Assembly (NCBI GenBank): GCA_963794945.1
Contig: CAWCFT010000012.1
Location: forward strand, 32,083 to 96,082
Direction: 5' to 3'
Origin: Endomicrobiales bacterium
GTDB taxonomy: Bacteria; Elusimicrobiota; Endomicrobiia; Endomicrobiales; CAWCFT01
Length of the DNA stretch: 64,000 bases
The position numbers were made by a program, and so were the translations under genes. This document shows positions 52,492 to 63,262 of the stretch, piece after piece. A model generated the notes under the pieces. That model saw only the letters and a list, made by a program, of their open reading frames with translations. It had not been told where the DNA came from and searched no databases. Positions within the stretch are counted from its first letter, which is position 1, and every line of letters begins with the position of its first letter.

Positions 52492-55400
52492 ATGAAAACA
52501 GAACTGAACGTATTGATCGTTGACGATTCGGAAGAGGACGCGATCCTCATTATGAGGGAATTAACGAGGTCTTATAATGCCATACATGAACGTGTCAAAA
52601 GCGCTGATGAGATGTCATCAGCTCTTGAGAAACGCAAGTGGGATATAGTTATCTGTGATTACATTATGCCGGGTTTTAACTCATTTGCTGCCAACGATAT
52701 CCTCAAGAAAATGAATATCGAAATCCCATTTATAGTTGTTTCGGGAAAAGTAGATGAAGAGACGGCTGTCGAGGTGATGAAGGCGGGCGCTAACGATTAT
52801 GTGCAAAAAGACAGGATCGCCAGGCTTTTACCGGCAGTTAAAAGAGAGCTTGCTGACGCGGAAATGCGCATAAAGAGCAGAAAAATATCAGAAGAGCTCG
52901 ATGAAAGCAATGAACGTTACTTGAATATATGCGAGAGTGCCAGTGATATGATATTCGCTGCGATGTTCGAAAGTTTTATTGTTTATTCAAATCCATCATT
53001 TCAGAAGGCGATAGGGTATACATCCGAAGAACTCCTGAAAGTGAAGGTAACGGATATCGTCCACCCGGAGTACATCGGATATTGGAATTCCGTACTTGAA
53101 AAAATATCTGCCAGTGAAAAGCGCGAGAAAATTGAGTTATGCCTTCTTACTAAGAAAATGCATACGGTTTACGTTGAAGGCGATTGCGGAGTTAAATACG
53201 ATAAGAATGGGAAAATGCAACTAAGAGGTATTCTTCATGATGTTACCGTAAAAAGACAATCTGAAGAAATGAAGGAAAAATATAAAGCTATAGTCAATAC
53301 TTCTTCGGAATTCATGAGCATGATAAATAGTGACTATGTGTATGAAGCCGTCAACGATGCGTACTGCGCGGCGCAGGGTATGGAAAGAGAACAAATACTA
53401 GGGAAAACCGTTGCAGAGGTATGGGGACATAAAGTATTCAAGGAACATGTAAAAGAGAACATAGACAAGTGTTTCGATGGCCAAAAAATTAAATATAAGG
53501 AATGGATCGATTTCCCAAAAATAGGTAGAAAGTATCACGAAGTTTCATTGTATCCGTACATGGAAAAAGATAAAGTTGTGAATGTTGTTATTGTCACACA
53601 GGACATAACAAACCTCGATAAGATGGAGGCAGGAAGAAAGCAGTATATCGATGGTCTCTCGTTTCTCTCAAAGGCGGCCATGGGTTTTATAGAACTCGCT
53701 CCGGAAAGCGATATCTTTAAATACGTGGCATCGTGCCTTGAAGAGCTTGTTCCGGAGTCAATAATAGTGACCTGCGCTTTTATGGAAGAAATATCTGCGA
53801 TGAAAGTAAAACATGTAATAGGTATAGGTGAGAACATTCAAAAAGTGATGGACATAGCAGGTAAGAACCTGTTAACTGATGAATATAAGATTGACGAGGC
53901 TAAAAAAAAGACGTTTGCAAACGGGAAGCTTTTTAAGCTTGAGGGCGGTGTCCACGAGCTGTCATGCAACCAGATTCCCAGGGCAGCCTGTAAAATGATA
54001 GAACGGCTTTTCAACATTACGGATATATACGCTATGGGGTTTACAAAAAAAGGCGAACTATTTGGTGACGCCATGATAATTTTAAAGCACGAACTGAGCC
54101 AGGACAAGAAAATGATCATTGAGACTTTTATTAATCAAGCCTCGGCTGCCATGTTCCATCGAAAGGCAGAAGATAATTTGAAAAGCTCTGAAGAAAGGAT
54201 GCGGATTCTTTTTGATTTTGCGCCAGACGCTTATGCCTTATGTGACTTCGAGGGAAACATTATTGACTGTAACAGGGCATTCAAGAAAATGACAGGATAT
54301 AGGAAAGAGGAAATAGTAAACAAACAAGTAATGGAGCTGGTTAACGCTAAGAACGATAACGCAGTAAAAGTTCAAAAAGATCATGAGAAAGACATGAGCA
54401 ACGGTTTTGTATCAGAGGAATACGTGATAAAGAGCAAGGACGGAAAAGAAATTATAGCCGAGATAACCAAGTTCCCGCTTAAGGTTAATTCCGTCAGCCA
54501 GGTCTCGCCCGGGAAGCAAGCCGCCGGCAGGGCGGCTGAAAAACAGCATAACGATACTGCTAAAAATATGCCTAATGTGCTCGTTATCATGAGGGACATT
54601 ACTGAAAAAAAACGTTTTGTTGAAGAAATTAGAAAGCTCGCTAAATTCGTGTATGAAAATCCGTCACCCATGCTAAGGATATCAAAAGAAGGCAAGCTTA
54701 TATACGCAAACCCGTCCGGTATAAATATATTGAATGACCTTAAATTCGAAATTGATAAAACTGTGCCAAAACAATGGGCCACTATAGTTGAAGAAGTAAT
54801 CGGGTCAGGGCAGAAAAAGAATATAGTGTTGAATTTAAAAGAAAGGCTTTTCTCTTTTGAGGTAGTGCCTCTCTCGGAGTCGGGCTATGTTAACTTTTAC
54901 GGAAGAGATATTACTGAAAGCGAGATGGCAGAAAAAGCGCTTAGAGAATCAGAGGAAAAGTACAGAACACTTTTCGAAGAGTCAAAAGACATGGTAGTAA
55001 TAACAACGCCATCAGGAAAAGTAATTGATATAAACCGAGCTGGAATAGAGATGATGGGTTACCGGGACAAGCAGAAGATAGATGATGTCGATGTTACAAG
55101 GGACATATATTCGAGCATAGAAGATAGAAAGAGCATGTTAAAGCAGCTTCAGGATAACAATTATATAAAAGATTTTGAAACAGTCATGATGAGAAAAGAC
55201 GGGGCTAAGTTTACGGCCCTGCTCACCTCGACAACCGTGCTTGACGCAAAGGGGAATATCAAAGAAATAAGGAGCATCGTCAAGGATATTACAGAAAGAA
55301 GGCACATGGAAGCTCAGCTTGCGCAGCTGCAAAAGATGGAATCATTAGGAATGCTAGCCGGAGGCATTGCTCATGATTTTAACAACCTACTGACCGGCAT

Positions 55401-56454
55401 AATAGGCAACGTCTCAGACCTTAAAGGCAGGGTGGCGGGCCAGAAGGAGTTTGCAGATGACATTACGGGAATCGAAGAGAGCGCGAAAAGCGCGGCCGGC
55501 TTAACTAACCAGCTTCTCGCATTCGCTCGTGGCGGTAAGTATATCATAGGCACCATAGATCTTAACAATGTCATGGCGAGCACAGTTAAAATAATTACCA
55601 GCACATTCAATAGAAATATAAATGTTGATGCGAAGCTGGATGAATCTATACCTTGTATCGAGGCTGATAGCGTACAGATAGGCCAGGTCGTAATGAACCT
55701 CTGTTCCAACGCCAGGGATGCTATGCCTCACGGCGGAGAGCTTACAATAAGGACTGGCGCAACCACTATTAACGAAGAAGACACTAAAGAATTCATCGAA
55801 GCGAAACCTGGGAAATACGTTTATCTATCTATAGCTGATAATGGCATGGGTATGGATAAAGAAACAAGCAGGAGGATATTTGAGCCATTCTTCACAACAA
55901 AAGGCGTAGGCAGCGGGACTGGTCTTGGGCTTTCGGTTGTGTACGGAATTATAAAGAACCACGGCGGTATGGTCAGGGTGAAAAGCGAACCCGGCAAAGG
56001 ATCAGAGTTTAAAGTATACCTGCCAGCCAGCAATAAAATATTAAAAAGGGAAGAAAAAAACTCTATAGAACAGCTCAAAGGCAAAGGGGAACTAATTCTT
56101 GTAGTTGATGACGAGAAAGAAATTAGAATGCTTGTAAAAAGAATTCTGGAGAAGAACGGTTATAAAGTCCTCATTGCTGAAAACGGTGATGAGGCGCTGG
56201 GTATATTCAACAGTTCGGGAAAAGATATATCCCTGGTGATACTTGATATGGTCATGCCTAACACCGACAGCGAAGAAGTCATGGGGAAAATGAAGGAAAT
56301 AAAAAAGGATATAACTGTGCTGGTCTCGACCGGATACATCGAAAGCGAAAAAACAAACAAGATGATACGCGGCGGCGCCATGGGGATAATCCAAAAACCT
56401 TTTAATGTTGAAGGGCTGCTTACTTATACCCGTGATGCGCTTTCTCGTGTTTGA
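52492..56454 (+). CDS. Hybrid sensor kinase REC-(PAS)n-HisKA-HATPase-REC
   Basis: N-terminal REC, several PAS/PAC domains ending (R/Q/K)DITE, GGIAHDFNNLL, NARDAM, EPFFTTK..G.GTGLGL, and a C-terminal REC. Confidence 0.93.
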   Translation: MKTELNVLIVDDSEEDAILIMRELTRSYNAIHERVKSADEMSSALEKRKWDIVICDYIMPGFNSFAANDILKKMNIEIPFIVVSGKVDEETAVEVMKAGANDYVQKDRIARLLPAVKRELADAEMRIKSRKISEELDESNERYLNICESASDMIFAAMFESFIVYSNPSFQKAIGYTSEELLKVKVTDIVHPEYIGYWNSVLEKISASEKREKIELCLLTKKMHTVYVEGDCGVKYDKNGKMQLRGILHDVTVKRQSEEMKEKYKAIVNTSSEFMSMINSDYVYEAVNDAYCAAQGMEREQILGKTVAEVWGHKVFKEHVKENIDKCFDGQKIKYKEWIDFPKIGRKYHEVSLYPYMEKDKVVNVVIVTQDITNLDKMEAGRKQYIDGLSFLSKAAMGFIELAPESDIFKYVASCLEELVPESIIVTCAFMEEISAMKVKHVIGIGENIQKVMDIAGKNLLTDEYKIDEAKKKTFANGKLFKLEGGVHELSCNQIPRAACKMIERLFNITDIYAMGFTKKGELFGDAMIILKHELSQDKKMIIETFINQASAAMFHRKAEDNLKSSEERMRILFDFAPDAYALCDFEGNIIDCNRAFKKMTGYRKEEIVNKQVMELVNAKNDNAVKVQKDHEKDMSNGFVSEEYVIKSKDGKEIIAEITKFPLKVNSVSQVSPGKQAAGRAAEKQHNDTAKNMPNVLVIMRDITEKKRFVEEIRKLAKFVYENPSPMLRISKEGKLIYANPSGINILNDLKFEIDKTVPKQWATIVEEVIGSGQKKNIVLNLKERLFSFEVVPLSESGYVNFYGRDITESEMAEKALRESEEKYRTLFEESKDMVVITTPSGKVIDINRAGIEMMGYRDKQKIDDVDVTRDIYSSIEDRKSMLKQLQDNNYIKDFETVMMRKDGAKFTALLTSTTVLDAKGNIKEIRSIVKDITERRHMEAQLAQLQKMESLGMLAGGIAHDFNNLLTGIIGNVSDLKGRVAGQKEFADDITGIEESAKSAAGLTNQLLAFARGGKYIIGTIDLNNVMASTVKIITSTFNRNINVDAKLDESIPCIEADSVQIGQVVMNLCSNARDAMPHGGELTIRTGATTINEEDTKEFIEAKPGKYVYLSIADNGMGMDKETSRRIFEPFFTTKGVGSGTGLGLSVVYGIIKNHGGMVRVKSEPGKGSEFKVYLPASNKILKREEKNSIEQLKGKGELILVVDDEKEIRMLVKRILEKNGYKVLIAENGDEALGIFNSSGKDISLVILDMVMPNTDSEEVMGKMKEIKKDITVLVSTGYIESEKTNKMIRGGAMGIIQKPFNVEGLLTYTRDALSRV

Positions 56455-56479
56455 CTTGCCTTGCTATGTTTTGTAAAAT
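56451..56479 (+). promoter_or_regulatory. Sigma70-type promoter for trxA-trxB-polA-coaE
   Basis: TTGACT-17nt-TAAAAT. Confidence 0.65.
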
Positions 56480-56527
56480 CTAAACTGGGTTCTAACAAAT
56501 GCTAAAGATGGCTCAAACGGAGGTAAT

Positions 56528-56848
56528 ATGGCTGAAATTACTATTAATGAACAGAATTTTGAACCGGAAGTGATCAATTCCGCATTGCCTGTGATGGTTG
56601 ATTTTTGGGCTCCATGGTGCGGTCCGTGCAAGATGATAGCTCCGGTAGTTGAAGAACTGGCTGGCGAATACGCCGGCAGAGTTAAAGTAGGGAAGGTCAA
56701 TACTGATGAGAACATGAGCATAAGCTCTAAATACCAGGTGACATCTATACCGACCATAATGTTCTTTAAGGATAAAAAGCTTGTACAGAGGATTGTGGGT
56801 TTCAAGTCAAAAGTCGAACTCAAAAAAATAATCGACAGCCTGCTGTAA
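56528..56848 (+). CDS. trxA: Thioredoxin
   Basis: DFWAPWCGPCK and SIPT motifs; GGAGG RBS. Confidence 0.97.
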   Translation: MAEITINEQNFEPEVINSALPVMVDFWAPWCGPCKMIAPVVEELAGEYAGRVKVGKVNTDENMSISSKYQVTSIPTIMFFKDKKLVQRIVGFKSKVELKKIIDSLL

Positions 56849-56882
56849 CTTTAAAGACTCTCCCGGTAACTTACCTAATCAA

Positions 56883-57833
56883 ATGACTGAAACAATCTAC
56901 GACATAATAATAATCGGCGGAGGCCCTGCGGGGCTGACTGCCGGCTTGTATGCTTCTCGGGGCGGCATGAAAACACTGCTACTCGAAAGAATGGGCTGCG
57001 GAGGCCAGGCGGTCATCACCGACCATATAGAGAATTATCCTGGATATAAAGATGGCGTAAGCGGTTTTGAACTTGCGTCGAAAATGCAAGAACAAGCTGT
57101 TAAATTCGGACTTGAGATAAGGACCAAAGACGTAATGAAAATAGAAAATGTTTCAAAGTCACACGGGGGCAAATATATCAGGACTATGGAAAATCTTTAT
57201 AGCTCAACGGCAGTTATCATTGCGGTTGGAGCGAATTTCAAGTACCTTAAAGTCCCGGGCGAGACGGATTTTCTCGGTAAAGGTGTTTCTTACTGCGCGA
57301 CCTGCGATGGTCCTTTTTTTAAGGATAAACATCTCGTTGTGGTTGGGGGCGGGGATTCGTCAGTGCAGGAAGCCGCCTTCCTTACAAAATTCGCTAATTC
57401 CGTAACTCTAGTCCACCGCCGAGACCGCCTGCGCGCCGCTCAAGTGTTGCAGGAAAGAGTAAAGTCGAACCCTAAGGTCAAATTCAGGCTGGGTTCTGTC
57501 GTCGAAAGGATTTCCGGTAGCACGCGGGTTGAGAGTGTGACACTGAAAGACCTGTCAACCGGCAATGCTGAAGAATACAAAACAGACGGAGTATTCATTT
57601 TTGTCGGACAAACGCCCAATACGGCGTTTCTTAAGGGTGATATAAAAATGGATGAGGCCGGTTTTATATTGACCGGAGATAACATGCAGACCTCGAGCGA
57701 CGGCATATTCGCCTGCGGCGACGCCAGGGTCAAACTGCTTAGGCAGGTTGTGACCGCCTGCGGCGACGGGGCTCTGGCCTCATATTCCGCCCAGGAATAT
57801 GTAGAAGAAATAAAAGGCATCTCTTACAAATAA
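56883..57833 (+). CDS. trxB: Thioredoxin-disulfide reductase
   Basis: Motifs GGGPAG, IENYPG, CATCDG, GGGDS, HRRD and GIFACGD. Confidence 0.96.
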   Translation: MTETIYDIIIIGGGPAGLTAGLYASRGGMKTLLLERMGCGGQAVITDHIENYPGYKDGVSGFELASKMQEQAVKFGLEIRTKDVMKIENVSKSHGGKYIRTMENLYSSTAVIIAVGANFKYLKVPGETDFLGKGVSYCATCDGPFFKDKHLVVVGGGDSSVQEAAFLTKFANSVTLVHRRDRLRAAQVLQERVKSNPKVKFRLGSVVERISGSTRVESVTLKDLSTGNAEEYKTDGVFIFVGQTPNTAFLKGDIKMDEAGFILTGDNMQTSSDGIFACGDARVKLLRQVVTACGDGALASYSAQEYVEEIKGISYK

Positions 57834-57861
57834 TCATAAATATCATTTAACCCGGACTTAT

Positions 57862-60553
57862 ATGCCCTCATTCTATATAATCGATGGAAATTCCTACATA
57901 CATAGAGCGTATCATGCGCTTCCTCCGCTGTCTACTTCCAAAGGCGAGATGGTTAACGCCGTTTATGGTTTTGTCAAGATGATGCTCAAGATACTCAAGA
58001 CCAAAAATCCGGATTTTATGGCTATATGTTTCGACCACCCATCGCCTTCTTTCAGGCACAAACAATTCTTTGATTACAAAGCCCATAGAAAGAAAATAGA
58101 TGATGAACTTAAGAATCAAATGCCTATAGCTAGGGAAGCGGCGAGGGCGCTCAATATCGCGAACATCGAGTTGTCCGGCTACGAAGCCGACGACCTTATA
58201 GCTACGCTGGCGAAACAGTCGGCAAAAGAAGGCGCCGACGTGTTCATAGTGACTTCAGATAAGGATGCCCTTCAGCTGGTGGGCGGCAAAATAAGGGTAT
58301 GGAACGAGGGTAAGGATATAGTGTACGATGAAGCCGGGGTCAAGGAAAAGTACGGCATTGGGCCCGGGCAGCTGGTCGAAATGTTTGCCCTGATGGGTGA
58401 CGCTTCCGATAACGTCCCTGGAATAAAAGGTATAGGTGAAAAAACTGCAGTTAAGCTTTTGCAGCGATACGGCAGCCTTGAGGAGATATTTAAAAACGCG
58501 GCCTCTATAGAAGGGAAAACAGGCAGCCTTATACAAAATGGATTCGATGAAGCAGAGAAAAGCAAAAACCTGGTAACACTAAAAGGCGATGTTGACTTGG
58601 CAATAAGCTGGAAAGATTGCTCTGTTAAACCTCCGGTTGAGGCCGACCTTGTAGAGTTTTTAAGAAAATACGAGTTTAAGAGCCTGCTCAACGAGATAAT
58701 ACCGGTCGGTAAAGACCCGGCGGAATGCCTGAGGTTTAACGTTGAAGTGAGAACTGTCTTCACGGAGTCCGAACTGCACGAACTGGTGGAAATGGCAAAA
58801 GAAAGAACGCTGATATCAATCGACACAGAGACCACCGGTGTAAATCCGCTTAAAGCGGATCTTGTGGGCATTTCAATAGCTTTCGAAGAAAATAAAGCGT
58901 TTTATATCCCGCTTGGCCACAATTATTCGGGCGTGCCAGAGCAGATCGGTCTCAAGGCCTGTATCGGCGTGTTAAAGCCTGTGCTTGAAGACCCAAAGAT
59001 AAAAAAGTATGGGCAGAACCTCAAATATGACATGCTTGTGCTCAAACGCTGCGGCATCGAGATGACCGGCCTCTATTTCGACACAATGATAGCATCTTAC
59101 TGCCTAAATCCTTCAAAGAACAGCCACGGCTTAAAGAACATGATATTCGACAATTTCGGTTTCAGGATGACAGAGATAGAAGAGCTTATAGGTAAAGGCG
59201 CCAAGCAGACTGCTATGGATAAGATAGACATTGAGAAAGCCTCGCCTTACGCCTGCGCAGACGCGTCAGCTGTGCTGCTCGCGGCTGAGAAAATTCGAAG
59301 CAGACCTCAAAGAGAAGAAGATAGAGAATTTGTTTTATGATATAGAGATGCCGCTCGTGGAGATACTGGCTCTCATGGAGTGGCACGGCATAAAAGTTGA
59401 TATAGAATACGTTAAAAAATTGCTTGTTGAATTTGAAGCGGAGATGAAACGGATAGAAAAGGACATCTACTCCCTGGCGGGCGAAGAATTCAATCCGAAT
59501 TCTCCTAAACAACTCGCGGTCATACTCTTTGAAAAACTTAAACTGCCGGTTATAAGAAAGACCAAAACTGGAAATAGCACTGATGAAGAAGTGTTAATGA
59601 CGCTTTCTCAGCAGAATGAGCTTCCGGGCAAGATACTTGAGTACCGGGAGCTTCAAAAGCTGAAATCGACTTACCTAGAGTCTTTGCTGGAGCTCGCCGA
59701 CAAGGGAACTCACAGGGTTCACACATCATTTAACCAGGCCGTAACCGCGACTGGCAGGCTATCGTCTTCGTCTCCCAACCTTCAGAACATACCGGTCCGC
59801 ACAGATTACGGGAAAATGATAAGAAAATGTTTCATAGTTGAAAAAGGGCATACACTTCTTTCGGCTGACTACTCACAAATAGACTTAAGGTCGCTGGCGC
59901 ATATAACCAAAGACGAAGTGCTCAAAAAAGCATTCTTCGATAAAAAGGACGTACACACCGCTACCGCCAAAGAGGTGTTCGGAGTTGACGAAAAAGACGT
60001 AACTCCTGAACTAAGAAGGATAGCTAAAACAATCAACTTTGGCATAATTTACGGGATGTCATCGTTTAGCCTTGCTCAGCAGCTCGAGATCAGCCCGGCA
60101 AAGGCAAAAGAATACATCGATAATTATTTCAAGCGTTACAGCGGCGTCAAACAGTGGATGAACGATGTGGTTGCCGCGGCAAGGGAAAAAGGCTACGTGA
60201 CAACTGTCACAGGCAGGATACGCTACCTGCCGGACATTAATTCCAAGAACGGGCAGATAAGAGGGTTTTCGGAGAGGATGGCGCTTAATACCCCGATTCA
60301 GGGTACATCTGCAGATATAATAAAGATCGCCATGATCGATATTCACAGGCTCTTAAAGGACAAATGTTTAGGAACAAGGATGCTAGTGCAGGTGCATGAC
60401 GAACTTTTGTTTGAAGTGCCGGACAACGAGCTCGAGAAGATCTCTATAGAAATAAAGAACAAAATGGAAAACGCGATGAAGCTTGATGTTCCGGTTATTT
60501 GCGAGCTCAAAGCAGGATGCGACTGGAATAACCTTGAGAAGATCAAGATATAA
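57862..60553 (+). CDS. polA: DNA polymerase I (+1 frameshift near 59280)
   Basis: 5'-3' exonuclease (YEADD, GDASDNVPG), 3'-5' exonuclease (DTETTG), and polymerase motifs ADYSQI, AKTINFGIIYG and QVHDEL. Confidence 0.96.
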
Positions 60554-60574
60554 CTTAATAAAGCAGGATAAGAT

Positions 60575-61204
60575 ATGTTCAAACATAACCCGTTTATAAA
60601 AACTAAACGGCCCCTGATAGCGCTCACAGGCGGCATAGCGTCTGGTAAAACAACTGCCGCCAGTGAGTTTAAGAAGCTGGGCGCTGTTATAATAGACTGT
60701 GACGCCCTTGCGAGAAAGGTCTGTGCTAAAGGGAAGCCCGCTCTGCGCAAGATCGTCAAGGAATTCGGTGCGGGCGTAATGTTAAAAGGCGGGAACCTCA
60801 ATAGAAAGAAATTGGGCGATATTGTGTTTTCAAATGAAAGAAAAAGGAAACAGCTTGAGGGGATAGTCCATCCCTACGTGATGAAAGAGGCAGTCTTGAA
60901 GGCCGCAAAAATAAGCGGAAGCAGGCTGGCCATTCTAGATGTTCCGCTTCTTTTTGAGGCTGGGCTCGACCGTTATATGGATAAGGTGATAGTCGTGTGG
61001 TCAACGGAAAAGCAGCAGTTCAAGAGGCTCGAGAAGAGGGATATGATGGACGGCCTCGCCGCGTCGCTCAGGATATGCGCTCAGGCTCCAATAAATGTTA
61101 AAAAGAAAAAAGCAGATTTTGTGATAGATAACTCGGGCAGTATATCTGCGGCAAAAAAGGACGTAAAAAAAATATGGGAGGTATTGACAAAGAACTACAA
61201 ATAA
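60575..61204 (+). CDS. coaE: Dephospho-CoA kinase
   Basis: LTGGIASGKTT, IVHP and DVPLLFE motifs; follows polA. Confidence 0.95.
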   Translation: MFKHNPFIKTKRPLIALTGGIASGKTTAASEFKKLGAVIIDCDALARKVCAKGKPALRKIVKEFGAGVMLKGGNLNRKKLGDIVFSNERKRKQLEGIVHPYVMKEAVLKAAKISGSRLAILDVPLLFEAGLDRYMDKVIVVWSTEKQQFKRLEKRDMMDGLAASLRICAQAPINVKKKKADFVIDNSGSISAAKKDVKKIWEVLTKNYK

Positions 61205-61211
61205 GTATAAT
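61184..61211 (+). promoter_or_regulatory. Consensus sigma70 promoter for rho
   Basis: TTGACA-16nt-TATAAT, 254 nt upstream of the rho ATG. Confidence 0.75.
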
Positions 61212-61465
61212 ATAACCAGTTACTAGCCGGTTGATTACCAAAAGGGCTTTCCTGAAGTATAAGAAATCAACAAAATTATTTTTACCTCTTCAAGGAAATA
61301 ACTCCAATAAACTGTCCAGATCGCAGCAATCGTTCATTTTAAATACTGCCTAAATAATAGTATAGGCCAAACGGCCTTTCGAACAAGATCGCTCATAGGA
61401 AATCTCTTATCATTTCTCCGAACAATAAATCTAAAATCGCGCAGAACAATCAGCAGGAGGATAAA

Positions 61466-62740
61466 ATGGAACAATCCATGGACGTTACAGCTCTGTCAAA
61501 ACGCACTATCACTGAGCTGACGCAGATCGCTAAGGATTTGAAACTTGAAACAGTTGCGGGCTTAAGAAAACAGGAACTCATCGCAAAGATACTCGAGGCG
61601 CAAACGAAAGAGAACAACCTCGTTTACGATGAAGGAGTTCTGGAGATACTGCCCGATGGGTTCGGGTTCCTCCGCTCACCCAACTACAACTATCTACCGG
61701 GCCCGGACGACATATATATATCACCTTCGCAAATAAAAAAATTCGCTTTAAGGAAAGGCGACACAGTGGCCGGTTACGTGCGTCCTCCTAAGGACCAGGA
61801 GAGGTTCTTCGCTCTTCTGCAGGTGAAATCGGTCAATGGGCAGGACCTCGAGAACATTCGTGAGCGTTCGCTCTTCGATAACTTGACCCCGCTCTATCCA
61901 AATTCTAAAATCGTGCTTGAAACAAAGCGCGACGAACTCTCAACGCGTATACTTGACCTCCTTGTCCCGCTCGGCAAAGGGCAGAGGATGCTCATCAACG
62001 CCGCGCCAAGGACGGGAAAAACTGTCATAATGCAGAAGATAGCTAATTCCATAACCGAGAATAACCCGAACATCGTACTCATGGTCCTTCTCATAGACGA
62101 AAGGCCGGAAGAAGTTACGGACATGCAGCGTTCGGTCAAGGGTGAGGTCATTTCTTCCACATTCGATGAACCTTCGGACAGGCACATCCAGGTGGCGGAG
62201 ATGGTGCTCGAAAAAGCAAAAAGATATGTTGAGCACGGCAGGGACGTTGTTATACTGCTTGACTCCATAACAAGGCTTGCGAGGGCATATAACACAGTGA
62301 CGCCTTCAAGCGGCAGGGTGCTCTCAGGAGGCCTTGACTCGAACGCATTGCAGCGCCCCAAACGCTTTTTCGGAGCTGCGAGGAACATCGAAGAGGGCGG
62401 TAGCCTTACTATTATCGCGACTGCGCTTGTCGAGACCGGCAGCAGGATGGATGATGTCATATTTGAAGAATTCAAAGGTACCGGCAACTGCGAAGTCTAC
62501 CTCGACAGAAAACTTGCCGACCGCCGCGTTTTCCCGGCTATAGATATTACCCGTTCCGGCACGCGTAAAGAGGAACTTCTTCTTTCCGAAGATGAGCTAA
62601 ACAAGGTTTGGATCTTGAGAAAAGTCATAACGCCTCTTAACCCTATAGAAGCAATGGAGCTCTTGATAGAAAAGCTTTCAGCGACAAAATCAAATAAGGA
62701 TTTCCTCAAATCAATGGAGATGTCCAGCGGGGATAGGTAG
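61466..62740 (+). CDS. rho: Transcription termination factor Rho
   Basis: Motifs DGFGFLR, GKGQR...[26 protein letters not shown] and EEFKGTGN. Confidence 0.98.
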   Translation: MEQSMDVTALSKRTITELTQIAKDLKLETVAGLRKQELIAKILEAQTKENNLVYDEGVLEILPDGFGFLRSPNYNYLPGPDDIYISPSQIKKFALRKGDTVAGYVRPPKDQERFFALLQVKSVNGQDLENIRERSLFDNLTPLYPNSKIVLETKRDELSTRILDLLVPLGKGQRMLINAAPRTGKTVIMQKIANSITENNPNIVLMVLLIDERPEEVTDMQRSVKGEVISSTFDEPSDRHIQVAEMVLEKAKRYVEHGRDVVILLDSITRLARAYNTVTPSSGRVLSGGLDSNALQRPKRFFGAARNIEEGGSLTIIATALVETGSRMDDVIFEEFKGTGNCEVYLDRKLADRRVFPAIDITRSGTRKEELLLSEDELNKVWILRKVITPLNPIEAMELLIEKLSATKSNKDFLKSMEMSSGDR

Positions 62741-62769
62741 AGTACGTTCCGGAGAAGCCGTAAATGCGA

Positions 62770-62798
62770 TTGACTTTGAATCGTATTTTTGGCATAAT
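62770..62798 (+). promoter_or_regulatory. Sigma70-type promoter for rpmE
   Basis: TTGACT-17nt-CATAAT. Confidence 0.6.
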
Positions 62799-62830
62799 AT
62801 ATTTCAATTAACATAAAGGAGAGTAAGTAA

Positions 62831-63181
62831 ATGAAAGAAGCAATACACCCACAATATGCAGAGGCTGTAGTATCTTGCGCCTGCGGGTATACTTTTAAGA
62901 CCCGTTCAACCAAGCCGGTAATCAAACTTGAAATGTGTTCGCACTGCCACCCGTTCTTTACAGGCAAGCAGAAACTGGTAGACACAGCCGGAAGAGTCGA
63001 AAGGTTCAATAAACGCTTTGCCAAGACAGAAGGCAAAACGGTTGTAATAAAGAAAGCCGAGCCGAAAGTAGCGAAGAAAGTCAAATCGAAAATACTCTCC
63101 ACTTCTCCGAAACGCGTCAAGATCATGGCCGTAAAAGACGCCAAGAAAGAAGTTAAAAAGGAAGTAAAAAAAGAGAAGTAG
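62831..63181 (+). CDS. rpmE: 50S ribosomal protein L31 (zinc-binding form) with Lys-rich extension
   Basis: [19 protein letters not shown] and [10 protein letters not shown], plus a ~50-aa K/V/A-rich tail. Confidence 0.96.
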   Translation: MKEAIHPQYAEAVVSCACGYTFKTRSTKPVIKLEMCSHCHPFFTGKQKLVDTAGRVERFNKRFAKTEGKTVVIKKAEPKVAKKVKSKILSTSPKRVKIMAVKDAKKEVKKEVKKEK

Positions 63182-63200
63182 ACGATCATCGAATATTAGT

Positions 63201-63241
63201 GGCAGAGCCATGTTGTAAAACATCGCTCTGCCGTTTTTTTT
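63201..63241 (+). terminator. Intrinsic terminator after rpmE
   Basis: GGCAGAGC-CATGTTGTAAAACATC-GCTCTGCC followed by a T-run. Confidence 0.8.
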
Positions 63242-63262
63242 AGACAAGTATAAGGATGTAAA

